Positions 38,508 through 49,295 of a stretch of 64,000 nucleotides of DNA are shown here, piece by piece. Each line of letters starts with the position of its first letter. Position 1 is the first letter of the stretch. The notes under the pieces were generated by a model that saw only the letters and a program-made list of their open reading frames with translations, ran no database searches and was not told the origin of the DNA. The translations under genes and the position numbers were made by a program. The stretch spans positions 4,997 to 68,996 of the forward strand of contig LFCQ01000002.1 of the NCBI GenBank assembly GCA_001189195.1, written 5' to 3'. Source of the stretch: Parcubacteria bacterium C7867-007 (GTDB taxonomy: Bacteria; Patescibacteriota; Minisyncoccia; Phycocordibacterales; Phycocordibacteraceae).

Positions 38508-39929
38508 ATGGCTGACGATCCTGCGGCATCGATTTCAAATACTCCTTCAGATCCGACACCGTACATTCGTACCTATGCGAAGGATGTTGCACGCCTAACA
38601 GGGAAGCAACCAATAGCAGTGCACAGCACTGTAAAGAAAGATGCGCCCGAGCCCGGGGTACTGCTTCCTGACTTCGATCCAACCCAGTCACTTAACTCAT
38701 CACGCCCTTCTTCTCCGCGCGAGTTCCCACAGGAAGTAATTTCTGTAACAGCAGATGATACTGTTGCAAACCTTAATGCTCCTGGCCCTGACCTATCAAA
38801 CAGGGAGGTGCGTCGTGATGAGATATTGACCCGCTTGCGCGCAAAGGTAGGGAGAGATGAACCTGCGGTTGAGCTTCCGCACCCAACTCCTCCAGCACCG
38901 GTTGCTCCCGTAAAACCTGTTCCCGTATATGTTCCGCCACCGCAACCAGCACCCGTACCTCCTCCTGCACCCGTTGTCGTACCTGAGCCACCCCACAAAG
39001 CACATAAGCAGGCTTTCACATTCTTCGGTCACCACGGAACGAAGAAGGAGTCCCTGGACCCAGCTCCCACGAACCTTCATACCTTCAAGAGCGATTTCGC
39101 CGATCATATTGATTCTCAGAAGGCCACCACATTCTCAGTACTTGCTGCTCAAAGTGACAGCAAAGAAAATCTTGCGCGTACACCAAAGCCTGCTAGTACC
39201 ACATCAAAGAAACCGAACCTTCCTTTTATATTGGGTGGCGTGACTCTCTTGGTGCTTGGTATTGGAATTGTCGGTGGTTCATATTGGTTTGTTTCTGTAC
39301 GTACTCCTAGTTCCGGTCTTCCATTTATTGTGCCTTCGCTTATCTTTGCTGATGAGAAGGTTGAAATCACGGGTGATTCTGGCCCAGAACTTATGCAAGC
39401 ATTGGCAGCTGTTGCTCAAGGTCCGTCTGTGAATGGAAACATTATTGTGACGTATATAACCGAACGTGAAGAGGGTGTAGTATCTATCCCACAGGCAGGG
39501 GGACAACTTATCAAACAACTATTCCAGAATGCACCTGACATTCTCCTGCGTAACATCACGGACGGGAGTACTGTTGGGGTGATTGATGCCGGTGATTCCA
39601 ATGCACCCTTCTTTATACTTGATGTATCTTCGTATGAACGTACATTCGCTGGAATGCTTGGTTGGGAGCCAACGATAGCGGCTAACCTAGCACCTCTATA
39701 TCCACCTCACCTAGAGAATGTATCAACCAGCACCGGCGCTCGCATCGTTAATCCAACACGCTTCATGGATAAGTCGGTTGCTAATCATGACGTACGGGTG
39801 CTTATAGACAGCAACAACAAGACCATTCTTATATATGGATATCGCGACAAACAAACTCTCATAATTGCACGAGATGAGGCTGCCTTTTCAGCAATCCTTG
39901 TTCGTCTTGCTGCAGGGAATACGAATTAA
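38508..39929 (+). CDS. Hypothetical single-TM protein with Pro-rich N-terminal half
   Basis: Long ORF with central TM; FAGMLGWE and F-x-D-x-x-V-x-N-x-DVRVL motifs. Confidence 0.75.
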   Translation: MADDPAASISNTPSDPTPYIRTYAKDVARLTGKQPIAVHSTVKKDAPEPGVLLPDFDPTQSLNSSRPSSPREFPQEVISVTADDTVANLNAPGPDLSNREVRRDEILTRLRAKVGRDEPAVELPHPTPPAPVAPVKPVPVYVPPPQPAPVPPPAPVVVPEPPHKAHKQAFTFFGHHGTKKESLDPAPTNLHTFKSDFADHIDSQKATTFSVLAAQSDSKENLARTPKPASTTSKKPNLPFILGGVTLLVLGIGIVGGSYWFVSVRTPSSGLPFIVPSLIFADEKVEITGDSGPELMQALAAVAQGPSVNGNIIVTYITEREEGVVSIPQAGGQLIKQLFQNAPDILLRNITDGSTVGVIDAGDSNAPFFILDVSSYERTFAGMLGWEPTIAANLAPLYPPHLENVSTSTGARIVNPTRFMDKSVANHDVRVLIDSNNKTILIYGYRDKQTLIIARDEAAFSAILVRLAAGNTN

Positions 39930-39952
39930 CCCCATTGTGCTAGAATGGCGCC

Positions 39953-40309
39953 ATGATTGATACCACCATGTACCGTGCGCGTCTCGAAGAGGAGAAAACA
40001 AAACTTGAAAAGGAATTAATGAGCGTTGGTCGTCGCAACCCAAGCAACCCCGCGGACTGGGAACCCGTACCACAGGAAGTGGGGCAGGAATCAGACCCAG
40101 CAGATCGTGCTGATCTTATTAGCCACTTCGAAGACAACACAGCGATCCTTAAAGATCTTGAGATTCGTTTCAATCAGGTGAACGCAGCACTAGAACGTAT
40201 TGATGCTGGTACATATGGTGTCTGCACCGTTTCTGGAGAAGAGATTGAGACCGACCGGCTTGATGCAGATCCTGCAGCAACCACCTGCAAGCAACATTTA
40301 AACTCATAA
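39953..40309 (+). CDS. DksA/TraR family protein
   Basis: DPADRAD, ALERIDAGTYGVC, RLDADPAATTC. Confidence 0.88.
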   Translation: MIDTTMYRARLEEEKTKLEKELMSVGRRNPSNPADWEPVPQEVGQESDPADRADLISHFEDNTAILKDLEIRFNQVNAALERIDAGTYGVCTVSGEEIETDRLDADPAATTCKQHLNS

Positions 40310-40321
40310 GTGTTTGAGTTG

Positions 40322-40359
40322 ATAAGAAAAGACCCTCGCATGCGAGGGTCTTTTCTTAT
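40322..40359. terminator. Bidirectional terminator
   Basis: ATAAGAAAAGACCCTCGC-AT-GCGAGGGTCTTTTCTTAT. Confidence 0.88.
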
Positions 40360-40365
40360 CCTTTA

Positions 40366-41424
40366 TTACTTGAACGTACAGCGTGTCATGGTCTTACAAC
40401 CAGCAAATGGATTCTTGGCACTTCGGACTTCGAAGTGTAGGTGGTTACCCGTCGCTTGACCTGTTGCACCAACGTACCCGATCAATGCACCTGCCGCCAC
40501 CCTTTCCCCTACTGATGCAACATCCTTGCTCATGTGAGCATAGAGAGTTTGCGAGCCATTAGCGTGTGAAATTACTACATAGCTACCATACCCACCATTC
40601 CATGCACCGTCAGCCTTAGAAATGATTACTGAACCCGCAGCCGCTGCATAGATAGGAGTTCCTGAAGGTGCACTAATATCAACACCATTGTTTCCATGGA
40701 CACCCTGAGAGAGGATTCCTCCAGGAACCGGGTTGGTGAAGTACCCAGAAGTGCTCACCGAAGACGTAGCCTTGGTACTACTACTTGCTTTGGTTGTAGC
40801 AGTCTTTGTGGTGGTCTTCGCAGGGGTTTTCACTGCTACGCTTATTTCACCACCAGGAATGATGATTTCAGAACCTGCTTTGAGTGTGGCATCTGTGCCA
40901 AGACCGTTGAATGTAGCGATTTCCTGGGTTGAGGCGTTGAACTTCTTAGCTATAGAAGCAAGTGTCTCGCCAGAAGCTACCTTATGCTTTACGCCTGAGG
41001 TTGGGAGAATAACGAGTGACATTCCGGGACGAATAGTACTCTTAATGGTTAGGTCGTTCGCCCAGAGGATGGTGTTTGTAGATACACCAAAGGATTCAGC
41101 AATCTTTGAAAGCGAGTCACCCTCTTTAACTACATATACGGAAATGCTTCCTCGTGGGTCTGCTGCGGTAGCAGAGGAGGTGCCAGCGTCGGGAAGGGTG
41201 CCTTCAGGACCACTGCTCGCAATAAGAGCAGAGTCATTGGAGAGTGCCATCTCTACATCCCCCTTGCTTGGGTTTGGATCAGTATTAACCGCTGCCTCAA
41301 GAAGCTCGAGAGTAGCATCATGCAAAATAGGCTGAGAGGATGCATCAGCATTCACTCTCTTAAAAGGCCAGAACGCCCCTGCTGGGCGTGGAAGTAGATA
41401 TGCGCCTGTTCCAGCAGCAATCAC
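40366..41424 (-). CDS. LysM + M23 peptidoglycan endopeptidase (true start probably further upstream)
   Basis: Two LysM repeats; GVDI, YAHM, HLHFEVR. Confidence 0.92.
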   Translation of the reverse strand: MIAAGTGAYLLPRPAGAFWPFKRVNADASSQPILHDATLELLEAAVNTDPNPSKGDVEMALSNDSALIASSGPEGTLPDAGTSSATAADPRGSISVYVVKEGDSLSKIAESFGVSTNTILWANDLTIKSTIRPGMSLVILPTSGVKHKVASGETLASIAKKFNASTQEIATFNGLGTDATLKAGSEIIIPGGEISVAVKTPAKTTTKTATTKASSSTKATSSVSTSGYFTNPVPGGILSQGVHGNNGVDISAPSGTPIYAAAAGSVIISKADGAWNGGYGSYVVISHANGSQTLYAHMSKDVASVGERVAAGALIGYVGATGQATGNHLHFEVRSAKNPFAGCKTMTRCTFK

Positions 41425-41737
41425 GATGATTGCCAGAAGGAGTGCTGCGTATGAGTTCCGGTTCGTGCCCGAAGGCGCCTTATCGGAAGAATCAATGAGA
41501 AAAGAAATACGTGGCGGAGGGAACTTCAGTCAAACTTCAGAATACAAAAATGGCTTACCTAGGCCATCTCTTGAGTACATCCATGTCTATCAACCCGATA
41601 AGTATACCCCCTCGAAGGGCTCGGTCAACGGGTTGACAGGGCACCTGTTGAGAAGGTGAATGACGCATGAATTATGCTTAAAAGTCAAAGATTCAGGCTT
41701 TTAAAGGTGGGGAGAGTCGTTTTGCTATAGTGCAGCT

Positions 41738-43681
41738 ATGGATCACCTCCAGCCTGAATATGTGGCACACCTTAATCCTCGTCAGAGAGAAGCCGTGCTC
41801 GCCACAGACGGGCCTGTTTCTGTGCTTGCAGGAGCTGGATCTGGCAAAACATCAGTCCTAACCACCCGTATATACCATTTAATGCGTCAGGGAGTACCTG
41901 CAGATAAGATACTCGCCGTCACGTTCACCAATAAGGCTGCTCGGGAGATGCGCGAGAGACTCCAAACAAAGATTCCGGACAGTCCACTCCCGTTTGTTGC
42001 GACCTTCCATGGTCTTGGCAGAGAACTGCTTCAAACGTACGGCTCAGTTATTGGGGTATCACGGCATTTCACCATTTATGATCGAGATGATTCAAAGAGT
42101 GCAATTCGTGAAGCACTTAAGGCACTCGATGTTGATCCAAAGGAAGTACCTCCTGCCGCAATACTCTCGCGTATATCCAAAGCAAAGAGTGAGGGGCAAA
42201 CACTCACTGCATTTCGTGAGAAGCACGGCCGTGAAAGTTTTCGTTCACGCATAACGGTGGATGTATGGGCTCGCTATGACGAAACACTTAAGAAAGAAAA
42301 AGCACTAGACTTTGATGATCTCATCGTGCTTCCTGTACACCTTCTTCGTGACCATCTTGATGTACGTGCCCGTGTTCAAGAACGTTTCTCACACCTACAC
42401 ATTGATGAGTATCAAGACACAAACGAACTTCAAGGAAAACTTGCACACTATATTGCTGGAGATCGTAAAAACATTTTCGTGGTGGGGGACATAGATCAAT
42501 CTATCTATACGTGGCGCGGAGCAACTATTGATAATCTTTTGAAATTCGAAGAAACCTATCCTGGTGCTAAGCATATTGTGCTTGAACACAACTATCGTTC
42601 AACCTCTACGATTGTTGAGGCATCAAATCAAATCATTGAACGAAATAAGAACCGCAAAGAGAAGCACGCAATTACGAGTAACACGAAAGGGGAGCGTATT
42701 GTGATTCATCCTGCAGCCACTGCAGAAGGGGAAGCGCTATGGGTAGCGCGTGAGGCACGGCGCTTGATTGAGCGCGGCACACACCCAGAGGAGATTGCGG
42801 TTCTGTATCGCACAAACTTCCAGAGTCGTACCCTTGAGGAAGCTTTCCTCGCATGCGCGGTACCGTATAAGCTTCTAGGTACAAGGTTTTTTGATCGCAA
42901 AGAGGTGAAAGATACCCTTGCATGGATTCGACTCGCTCTAGATCCAGACCGTGAATCAGATCGCATGCGTGCCGTGCAATCGCCACCACGTGGTATCGGA
43001 AAAGTAACCTTAGGAAAGCTTATTGCAGGAAAGCGTGATGAACTACGCGCAGCTGATAAAGCAAAGGTTGATACGTTTGAACTTGTTGTTGCATCACTTC
43101 GTGAACTCGCAGAAACTGCACTGCCGTCGCAGTTCGTAAAACTAGTAATTGAAAAAAGTGGAATTGAATCTGCTCTTCTTAAAGAAGGAGAAGAAGGGCA
43201 AGAGCGTTTGGAGAACGTAAAAGAACTCGCAACACTCGCAAGTCGTCACGATGAGATACCGGGTATGGATGGTATTGCCGCATTCCTAGCAGAAGCAGCA
43301 CTTGCGGGAGATCAAGATGAGATGGATCGTCCAGAAGGTGATCGCAAAGAAAAAAAACCTGGTGTTACCCTTATGACCGTACACGCAGCCAAAGGTCTTG
43401 AGTTCGATGCTGTCTTTGTTACAGGACTTGAAGAAGGCCTCTTCCCACACGAAGGTATGGGTGGTGACGAAGAACGAGATGAAGAAGAGGAGCGTCGACT
43501 ATTCTATGTCGCAATAACTCGAGCAAAGAAACGACTATTCCTAACCCTTGCACGCATCCGTCGTATCTATGGAACAGACTTTATGTCTGAACCATCACAA
43601 TTCATTCGTGATATTGATCCTGATCTCACGCAGTTCGTAGATGCAGGTGCATTCGGTCCAGAAGCTATCATAGAAGCATAA
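41738..43681 (+). CDS. pcrA: UvrD/PcrA helicase
   Basis: AGAGSGKT, TFTNKAA, DEYQD, NYRS, MTVHAAKGLEF, EERRLFYVAITRA. Confidence 0.94.
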   Translation: MDHLQPEYVAHLNPRQREAVLATDGPVSVLAGAGSGKTSVLTTRIYHLMRQGVPADKILAVTFTNKAAREMRERLQTKIPDSPLPFVATFHGLGRELLQTYGSVIGVSRHFTIYDRDDSKSAIREALKALDVDPKEVPPAAILSRISKAKSEGQTLTAFREKHGRESFRSRITVDVWARYDETLKKEKALDFDDLIVLPVHLLRDHLDVRARVQERFSHLHIDEYQDTNELQGKLAHYIAGDRKNIFVVGDIDQSIYTWRGATIDNLLKFEETYPGAKHIVLEHNYRSTSTIVEASNQIIERNKNRKEKHAITSNTKGERIVIHPAATAEGEALWVAREARRLIERGTHPEEIAVLYRTNFQSRTLEEAFLACAVPYKLLGTRFFDRKEVKDTLAWIRLALDPDRESDRMRAVQSPPRGIGKVTLGKLIAGKRDELRAADKAKVDTFELVVASLRELAETALPSQFVKLVIEKSGIESALLKEGEEGQERLENVKELATLASRHDEIPGMDGIAAFLAEAALAGDQDEMDRPEGDRKEKKPGVTLMTVHAAKGLEFDAVFVTGLEEGLFPHEGMGGDEERDEEEERRLFYVAITRAKKRLFLTLARIRRIYGTDFMSEPSQFIRDIDPDLTQFVDAGAFGPEAIIEA

Positions 43682-43683
43682 CC

Positions 43684-44469
43684 ATGTTTGCTAAGAAATC
43701 ACTTGGACAGAACTTTTTAATGCACCCGCAGATTGCGGAGCGTATTGTCCATGCGGCAAAACTGCCCGAAGGTGCACAGGTACTAGAAATTGGACCTGGT
43801 ACAGGCATGCTCACCCGCGCACTTCTGGCTAACGGAGCAACTGTTGTGGCTGTTGAGGCAGATAATGAACTTGCACCACAGATGGAGGAATCGTTTGCCG
43901 CTGACATCTCTACCGGTTCACTTAGGGTTATTCATGGTGATATTCGTGTATTTGACCCAGCTACTATTGATGGGGAATACCATGTGGTGGCCAATATCCC
44001 TTATTACATAACGGGAGAAATCATTCGTTCATTCCTAACTTCCACCCATAAACCTAGTTCAATGACCCTCCTCGTGCAGAAAGAAGTGGCTGAACGTATT
44101 GCTCGAAGCAAGAAAGAAAGCCTCCTTTCACTCTCTGTGAAGGTATTTGGTACCCCAGAATACTGCTTTACGGTACCTCGAGGTGCCTTTCGTCCTGCTC
44201 CAAACGTAGATTCTGCTGTTCTGGCTATACGAAATATAGACATGTCGGCATTTGTAAACAAAAAAGCAGAGGAATACTTCTTTTCAGTAGTACGTACTGG
44301 CTTTGCCCATAAGCGTAAACGTCTTGCTAAGAATTTAGAGGAAATCGCACCTGCAGCACACATAGCAGCAGCATTTGATGCTGCATCATTAACAAAGGAT
44401 ATTCGTCCTGAAGATCTTTCTCTGTCCGATTGGAAACAACTCACTGCATCACTAGTGCAAAGCGCATAA
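43684..44469 (+). CDS. rsmA: 16S rRNA dimethyladenosine transferase
   Basis: KKSLGQNFL, EIGPG, ANIPYYIT, QKEVAERI. Confidence 0.96.
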   Translation: MFAKKSLGQNFLMHPQIAERIVHAAKLPEGAQVLEIGPGTGMLTRALLANGATVVAVEADNELAPQMEESFAADISTGSLRVIHGDIRVFDPATIDGEYHVVANIPYYITGEIIRSFLTSTHKPSSMTLLVQKEVAERIARSKKESLLSLSVKVFGTPEYCFTVPRGAFRPAPNVDSAVLAIRNIDMSAFVNKKAEEYFFSVVRTGFAHKRKRLAKNLEEIAPAAHIAAAFDAASLTKDIRPEDLSLSDWKQLTASLVQSA

Positions 44470-44537
44470 CGTATACACACCATATATAGTTGAGCACTGC
44501 TTCACGTGGTGCTCATGGTACTATTTATCAAGTAATT

Positions 44538-45551
44538 ATGGCGCTATCTGCTCGATCAATCAGGATCATCGCTGCATCAGCACTTTCATTGGTGCTCGTT
44601 GTTGGTGCCTATGCAGCATCAGGTCCACTCAACTTTCTTAAGGGTCGTATTGTGGGTGCGCAATCTACTGAATCACTTCTAAAAGCATACGCTGCAAAAG
44701 ATTCTGATGGTGATGCACTTCCAGATTGGCAGGAAGCATTGTACGGAACCAATCCGAACGATCCGCACTCTTTTGACGCTGTTCTCACCGATAGTGAGGC
44801 CGTTAACAAAGGACTTGTTACACCAAAGACATCTGCAGTTATCCCTGCAGATCCCTCTACAAACACTCCTGACACAGCAGCAGACGTTCCCGGAAAAGAT
44901 CCAGCACCAGGTAGTCTTACCGACGAATTCGGTCGTCAGTTCTTCCAGCAGTATGTTGCTGCGGGTAATGGAGGCCAACTCACTGAAGAGCAGAAGGAGG
45001 CACTCATAGCCAAGCTGCTTGCTGACTTTAGTTTGCGTGCAAGCAAGTTGCTGGTTTCCCCATACACCGCAGTATCAATTCGTGTCTCGCCGAGTGCTGA
45101 TGTGGTTACCTATCTCGATTCAGTTGAAAAAGTAATCCGCGAGAACGATGTACCTGCAGGAGCAGGGGAGCCTGCTCCACTGATGCAAGCATTCCTTGAG
45201 GAGAGTGACCTTGAAGCAGGAAAGAAAATCGTTGCGCTTGGCGGTGCATATGGATCAATCTCAGAAAATCTGCTAGCGATACAGCCTCCGCCTGCGTATG
45301 GGGCACAACACCTTGCACTAGTTCAATCTTTCGATACTCTTTCGCGTTCAATGAAAGCAGTTTCAAAATATGAAACTGATCCACTCGCTGTACTTGGATC
45401 ACTTTCACTCCTGCAGCCAACCTCACAGGTGATTGTAAACACATTCAAGCAGATGGCAGTAACCACTATAAGTCAGATTGGTGAGCCGGTGTCTGGTACC
45501 CCTGGCGCACTTATCGTGAACATTGCCCGCAGTACTGAACAAACACCATGA
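44538..45551 (+). CDS. Secreted protein with DxDxDG Ca-binding (thrombospondin type 3-like) motif
   Basis: KDSDGDALPDWQEALYGTNPNDP after the signal anchor. Confidence 0.7.
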   Translation: MALSARSIRIIAASALSLVLVVGAYAASGPLNFLKGRIVGAQSTESLLKAYAAKDSDGDALPDWQEALYGTNPNDPHSFDAVLTDSEAVNKGLVTPKTSAVIPADPSTNTPDTAADVPGKDPAPGSLTDEFGRQFFQQYVAAGNGGQLTEEQKEALIAKLLADFSLRASKLLVSPYTAVSIRVSPSADVVTYLDSVEKVIRENDVPAGAGEPAPLMQAFLEESDLEAGKKIVALGGAYGSISENLLAIQPPPAYGAQHLALVQSFDTLSRSMKAVSKYETDPLAVLGSLSLLQPTSQVIVNTFKQMAVTTISQIGEPVSGTPGALIVNIARSTEQTP

Positions 45552-46978
45552 GTACGACTGCACTAGCGTCTGTGGCAACAAAGAGTACTGCAGCAACTGT
45601 TGCAACAGTACTGCTTCTTACAATCCTCTATCCGATCGCACCAAGAGCGAGCGCTCAGATCGGCACCTTTGAAACAAATCCTGTTCTGATTGGAGGTGTG
45701 GTCACTACTGCAGGCGCATCTGCAATCAGCGCAGAAAGTACTGCCTTTGACGCGCACGTTCGCCCCATCCTTGATGGTCTTGCGTGGACGGTAGCAAAGG
45801 TTGCCGTGCAATCACTCACTCGCAGTACCGTTAATTGGATTAACTCTGGCTTCCAGGGTTCACCTGCATATGTCACCGACCTTAAACAGACCCTGGAGGA
45901 GGTTGGTGATACAGTTGCTGACGATTTCTTTGATTCACTTGAATACAATTCTGGTATTGATGTACGTTCACCATTTAAGGATCAGGTGACACAAGCACTT
46001 AGAGACAACTATTATCGTTCAACCGCAGGATTCTACGGAAATGGTTACGATCTTGATCTATATAGCGATGATCCTTCAGCTTTCCTTGATGGACACTTTG
46101 CGCGTGGTGGTTTTGATGCATGGTTCGCAACACTCGCAAATGATGAGAACAATCCACTTGGCGCATATCGCTCAGGACAGAACGAACTTGCACGAAGGGT
46201 TGAAGATTTCCGTGTAAATCGTTTGCACGAACTTAACTGGGGTAACGGGTTTCTGTCATGGAGAGGGGACTGCATTGTTAAGAAACCAGCTGGTGCTCCC
46301 ACATCACTTAAGAAAACAGACGACTGTGCATCATATGAAATAAAAACACCAGGCTCAGTTATTGAAAGTACGCTTGGTATCACCGCAACATCACCCCTTC
46401 GTCAGCTTGAACTCGCAGACTCTATCAATGAGATTGTTGGCGCACTTGCCGGCCAGCTTGTGGGCCAGGTACTTGGTGGTGTGGGTCTATCAGGCGTTTC
46501 ACAACCGCGCAGTGGTGGTGGTAACTCATACCTAACTGATGCAACTGATCCAAACCAATACGCTCAAGGCACCGCAAGTCTTTCGAATGGTTTTATCCAA
46601 ACAGTGAAGGATGAGCAAAATAAGGTAGAGGCGTATCAAAAGAATTGGATGAAGATTCAATCTGCAGCAGGCAGTGCACGTGGCTGTGTAGATGATAGCG
46701 TGATTGATGATGCGTTAGCACGTGCAAAGTCCGCACTTGAGAAAGCATCCACAGCAACCACTGAACTAAACACTATCAGTGCACGCATAAGCTCTTCACA
46801 GAGTTCAACTAATTCTGCCGCGGCACTCTCCAGTGTATCTGACTCATTTTTAACCCTTATGTCTTCAGGCAAACTAATCAGCGCCCAAGACGCAACAGAC
46901 GCACAGGTCCAAGCTAGTGAGGACTCAAAAGACTCCCTCTATAGCCAACTCACCGCAACTTGCGGAAGAGGTAGTTAA
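45548..46978 (+). CDS. Secreted hypothetical protein of the T4SS-like cluster
   Basis: Signal peptide; VNWINSGFQGSP, GNGFLSWR, TPGSVI motifs; operonic. Confidence 0.7.
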   Translation: MSTTALASVATKSTAATVATVLLLTILYPIAPRASAQIGTFETNPVLIGGVVTTAGASAISAESTAFDAHVRPILDGLAWTVAKVAVQSLTRSTVNWINSGFQGSPAYVTDLKQTLEEVGDTVADDFFDSLEYNSGIDVRSPFKDQVTQALRDNYYRSTAGFYGNGYDLDLYSDDPSAFLDGHFARGGFDAWFATLANDENNPLGAYRSGQNELARRVEDFRVNRLHELNWGNGFLSWRGDCIVKKPAGAPTSLKKTDDCASYEIKTPGSVIESTLGITATSPLRQLELADSINEIVGALAGQLVGQVLGGVGLSGVSQPRSGGGNSYLTDATDPNQYAQGTASLSNGFIQTVKDEQNKVEAYQKNWMKIQSAAGSARGCVDDSVIDDALARAKSALEKASTATTELNTISARISSSQSSTNSAAALSSVSDSFLTLMSSGKLISAQDATDAQVQASEDSKDSLYSQLTATCGRGS

Positions 46979-46983
46979 CACAT

Positions 46984-49254
46984 ATGCGGATCAACTCTCT
47001 GATGCTTCGCTCAATGCTCGTTGCAGTATTCTTTGCAGCAGTAGCGTTGCCAGGACAGCTTGTGCATGCTCAACAGCCAGCCGCAACCACCGCAGCTGCT
47101 GCGGTCGCGTGTCCCCCTGGCGAACTCGACAATTCAAAGGGAGAATGCCGGCCGGAGAAGGAGGTTCTTCTACAGGCCGCAATAGATGAAAAAGCAAAAA
47201 CCTCAAATGAAGCAGCGGAGAGAGCAGTGGATGCAGCGACGGGTGGGGCAGTAACGGCTTTGAAGTGTATTGATGATGTTGGTGACTGTATTCTAAACTC
47301 CTTTGCATTCTTTATCCTTGGTTTCGCAAATTACTTGCTTGGTCTTACTGGCGTGCTCTTGAACTGGGTCGTAGTTAAAACAGTATTCCAGTTCTCAACA
47401 CTTGTAGGTAACTCTCAAGGACTTCTGGTTGCATGGGGAATACTAAGAGACCTTGGAAATCTACTTCTATTGTTCGGGTTCGTATTAATGGGTATCGGTA
47501 CCATTATTGATACTAATAAGTTGCCTGATAAGAGAGCTATCCCGAAACTCATCATATTTGCCATACTCCTAAACTTCAGCTTGTTTGCTGCAGAAGCAGT
47601 TATTGATACATCAAACGTTCTCACTGCAGCGATATATGCACAAACAAATACTGAACCCTGCCAGACAGAAACCTGTGACGTAAATTATGGTCTTTCGGGT
47701 AGACTTCTTGATTCAACCGGGCTTTCTGGAATACAGAATGTTGAACCAGAAGATGTTGGAGAGGGTACGAAGAAGCTCTCGGTGATTATTGGGCTCGCAA
47801 TCTTTTCTATTATTGGCACGATAGTGCTTCTTGCTACCGCAATAATGCTTATGATTAGAGCAATCGTACTAACGGGTCTCATTATTGTTTCCCCTATTGG
47901 TTTTGCAGGAATGGCCATAAAACCTCTTGAGAAGATGGCGCAGAAATGGTGGCACACTCTGATTCATCAATCATTCTTCGCACCCGTACTGTTCATACTC
48001 CTCCTTATTACTCTTAAAGTCACCGAAGGCTTCGCTACAGGGACAGGGAACACCGGGCTCTCCGCAGCACTCACTGCTAACGGCAGCTCGCAAATGGGAA
48101 TCATCATGGTATTCCTCCTTATAACAGGTGGTCTCCTTGCCTCACTTATGGCAGCAAAATCATTCGGGGCCATGGGGGCAGACTATGCAATTAAAACTGC
48201 AGGAGGAATTGTTGGTGGCGCATCATTTGGCACCGCAGGTTTTGTTGGGCGAAGAACTCTTGGTGCAGGGGGTGCCGTTGCAGCACGTAACATAAAACGC
48301 TCAGCATTTGGCGCAACCTTCTTTGGTAAACAGTTTGCAGGTGTTGCAGACCGCGCTGCGAATTCAAGTTTTGATGGTCGTGTAGTGCTTCCTAAGAAGA
48401 TCGGCATTGGCAAGCTTGTAGTTCCTGACCTCGGCAAACCAAACAAGACGGCTGCTAAGGGGTACAACGAGATTGAAAAGAAGGTGGTAGATGCAAAGGT
48501 TAAATACGGAAACTCACTTGAGATGTCCGACGCGGCAAAGGAGCAGGAAAAGAAGCTTACAGAGAAGCGTAAGGCGAACTTTGACGAGTACAAAGAGAAC
48601 CTTGCTTCACTCAACAAAAATCTTACAAATGCGAAGAGCGGTAGGGCTGAAGCTAAATCTAAGTTTGATACTCAAGAAAAAGCACTTGAAGCTCTTGCTG
48701 CAAACGCTGGTCCGGAAAAAGAAAAGATCAACAAACAGATCGCTGAGCTGGTACAACAGCAAAACACACTGCTGGCCCAGGGAAGGGCTCCTGAAGCAAC
48801 TGCTCTCAATAAACAGAGGGACAGCCTTAATGAGCAGCTCAACTCTATAGACAAAGTATCTGAGAACCTCGAGAAGATAAAAGCCGATCACGCTGCTGAG
48901 GATGCCGCTGCGGTCGCCCGCATCAAGATTATTGAAGACGCACAGGTGGCACTGAAGAAGACAGCGAAAGATAAGCAGGATGCGATTGATGCGGAAATTA
49001 AACTCAACAATCCAAAGGGCCGCTATGCAGACAGGCTTGAGAACTCATTCTTCACAAAGTTCAGCACCGTAACCGCTGAAGCTAATAGAAAAGCAGCAAA
49101 GAAGATTGGTGGTGATTTCAAGAAATCAAAGAAAGATAAATCTATAGAGGAGATTAAAAAAGCTATTGAGTCAGGTTCAAAAGATTCAGGCTCCAAGGTT
49201 GATGATCTTGCTGAAGCACTTGCTGAAGACAAAGAGGAGGAAATAACACTGTAG
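46984..49254 (+). CDS. VirB6/TrbL-like polytopic membrane protein with C-terminal coiled coil
   Basis: W-x-x-x-RDLGN, LLNFSLF, multiple TMs, KWW; upstream of prgI/virB4. Confidence 0.7.
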   Translation: MRINSLMLRSMLVAVFFAAVALPGQLVHAQQPAATTAAAAVACPPGELDNSKGECRPEKEVLLQAAIDEKAKTSNEAAERAVDAATGGAVTALKCIDDVGDCILNSFAFFILGFANYLLGLTGVLLNWVVVKTVFQFSTLVGNSQGLLVAWGILRDLGNLLLLFGFVLMGIGTIIDTNKLPDKRAIPKLIIFAILLNFSLFAAEAVIDTSNVLTAAIYAQTNTEPCQTETCDVNYGLSGRLLDSTGLSGIQNVEPEDVGEGTKKLSVIIGLAIFSIIGTIVLLATAIMLMIRAIVLTGLIIVSPIGFAGMAIKPLEKMAQKWWHTLIHQSFFAPVLFILLLITLKVTEGFATGTGNTGLSAALTANGSSQMGIIMVFLLITGGLLASLMAAKSFGAMGADYAIKTAGGIVGGASFGTAGFVGRRTLGAGGAVAARNIKRSAFGATFFGKQFAGVADRAANSSFDGRVVLPKKIGIGKLVVPDLGKPNKTAAKGYNEIEKKVVDAKVKYGNSLEMSDAAKEQEKKLTEKRKANFDEYKENLASLNKNLTNAKSGRAEAKSKFDTQEKALEALAANAGPEKEKINKQIAELVQQQNTLLAQGRAPEATALNKQRDSLNEQLNSIDKVSENLEKIKADHAAEDAAAVARIKIIEDAQVALKKTAKDKQDAIDAEIKLNNPKGRYADRLENSFFTKFSTVTAEANRKAAKKIGGDFKKSKKDKSIEEIKKAIESGSKDSGSKVDDLAEALAEDKEEEITL

Positions 49255-49295
49255 GGTAGTGGAAATTATTTCAAAGCCGAGCGATACTTATCTTA

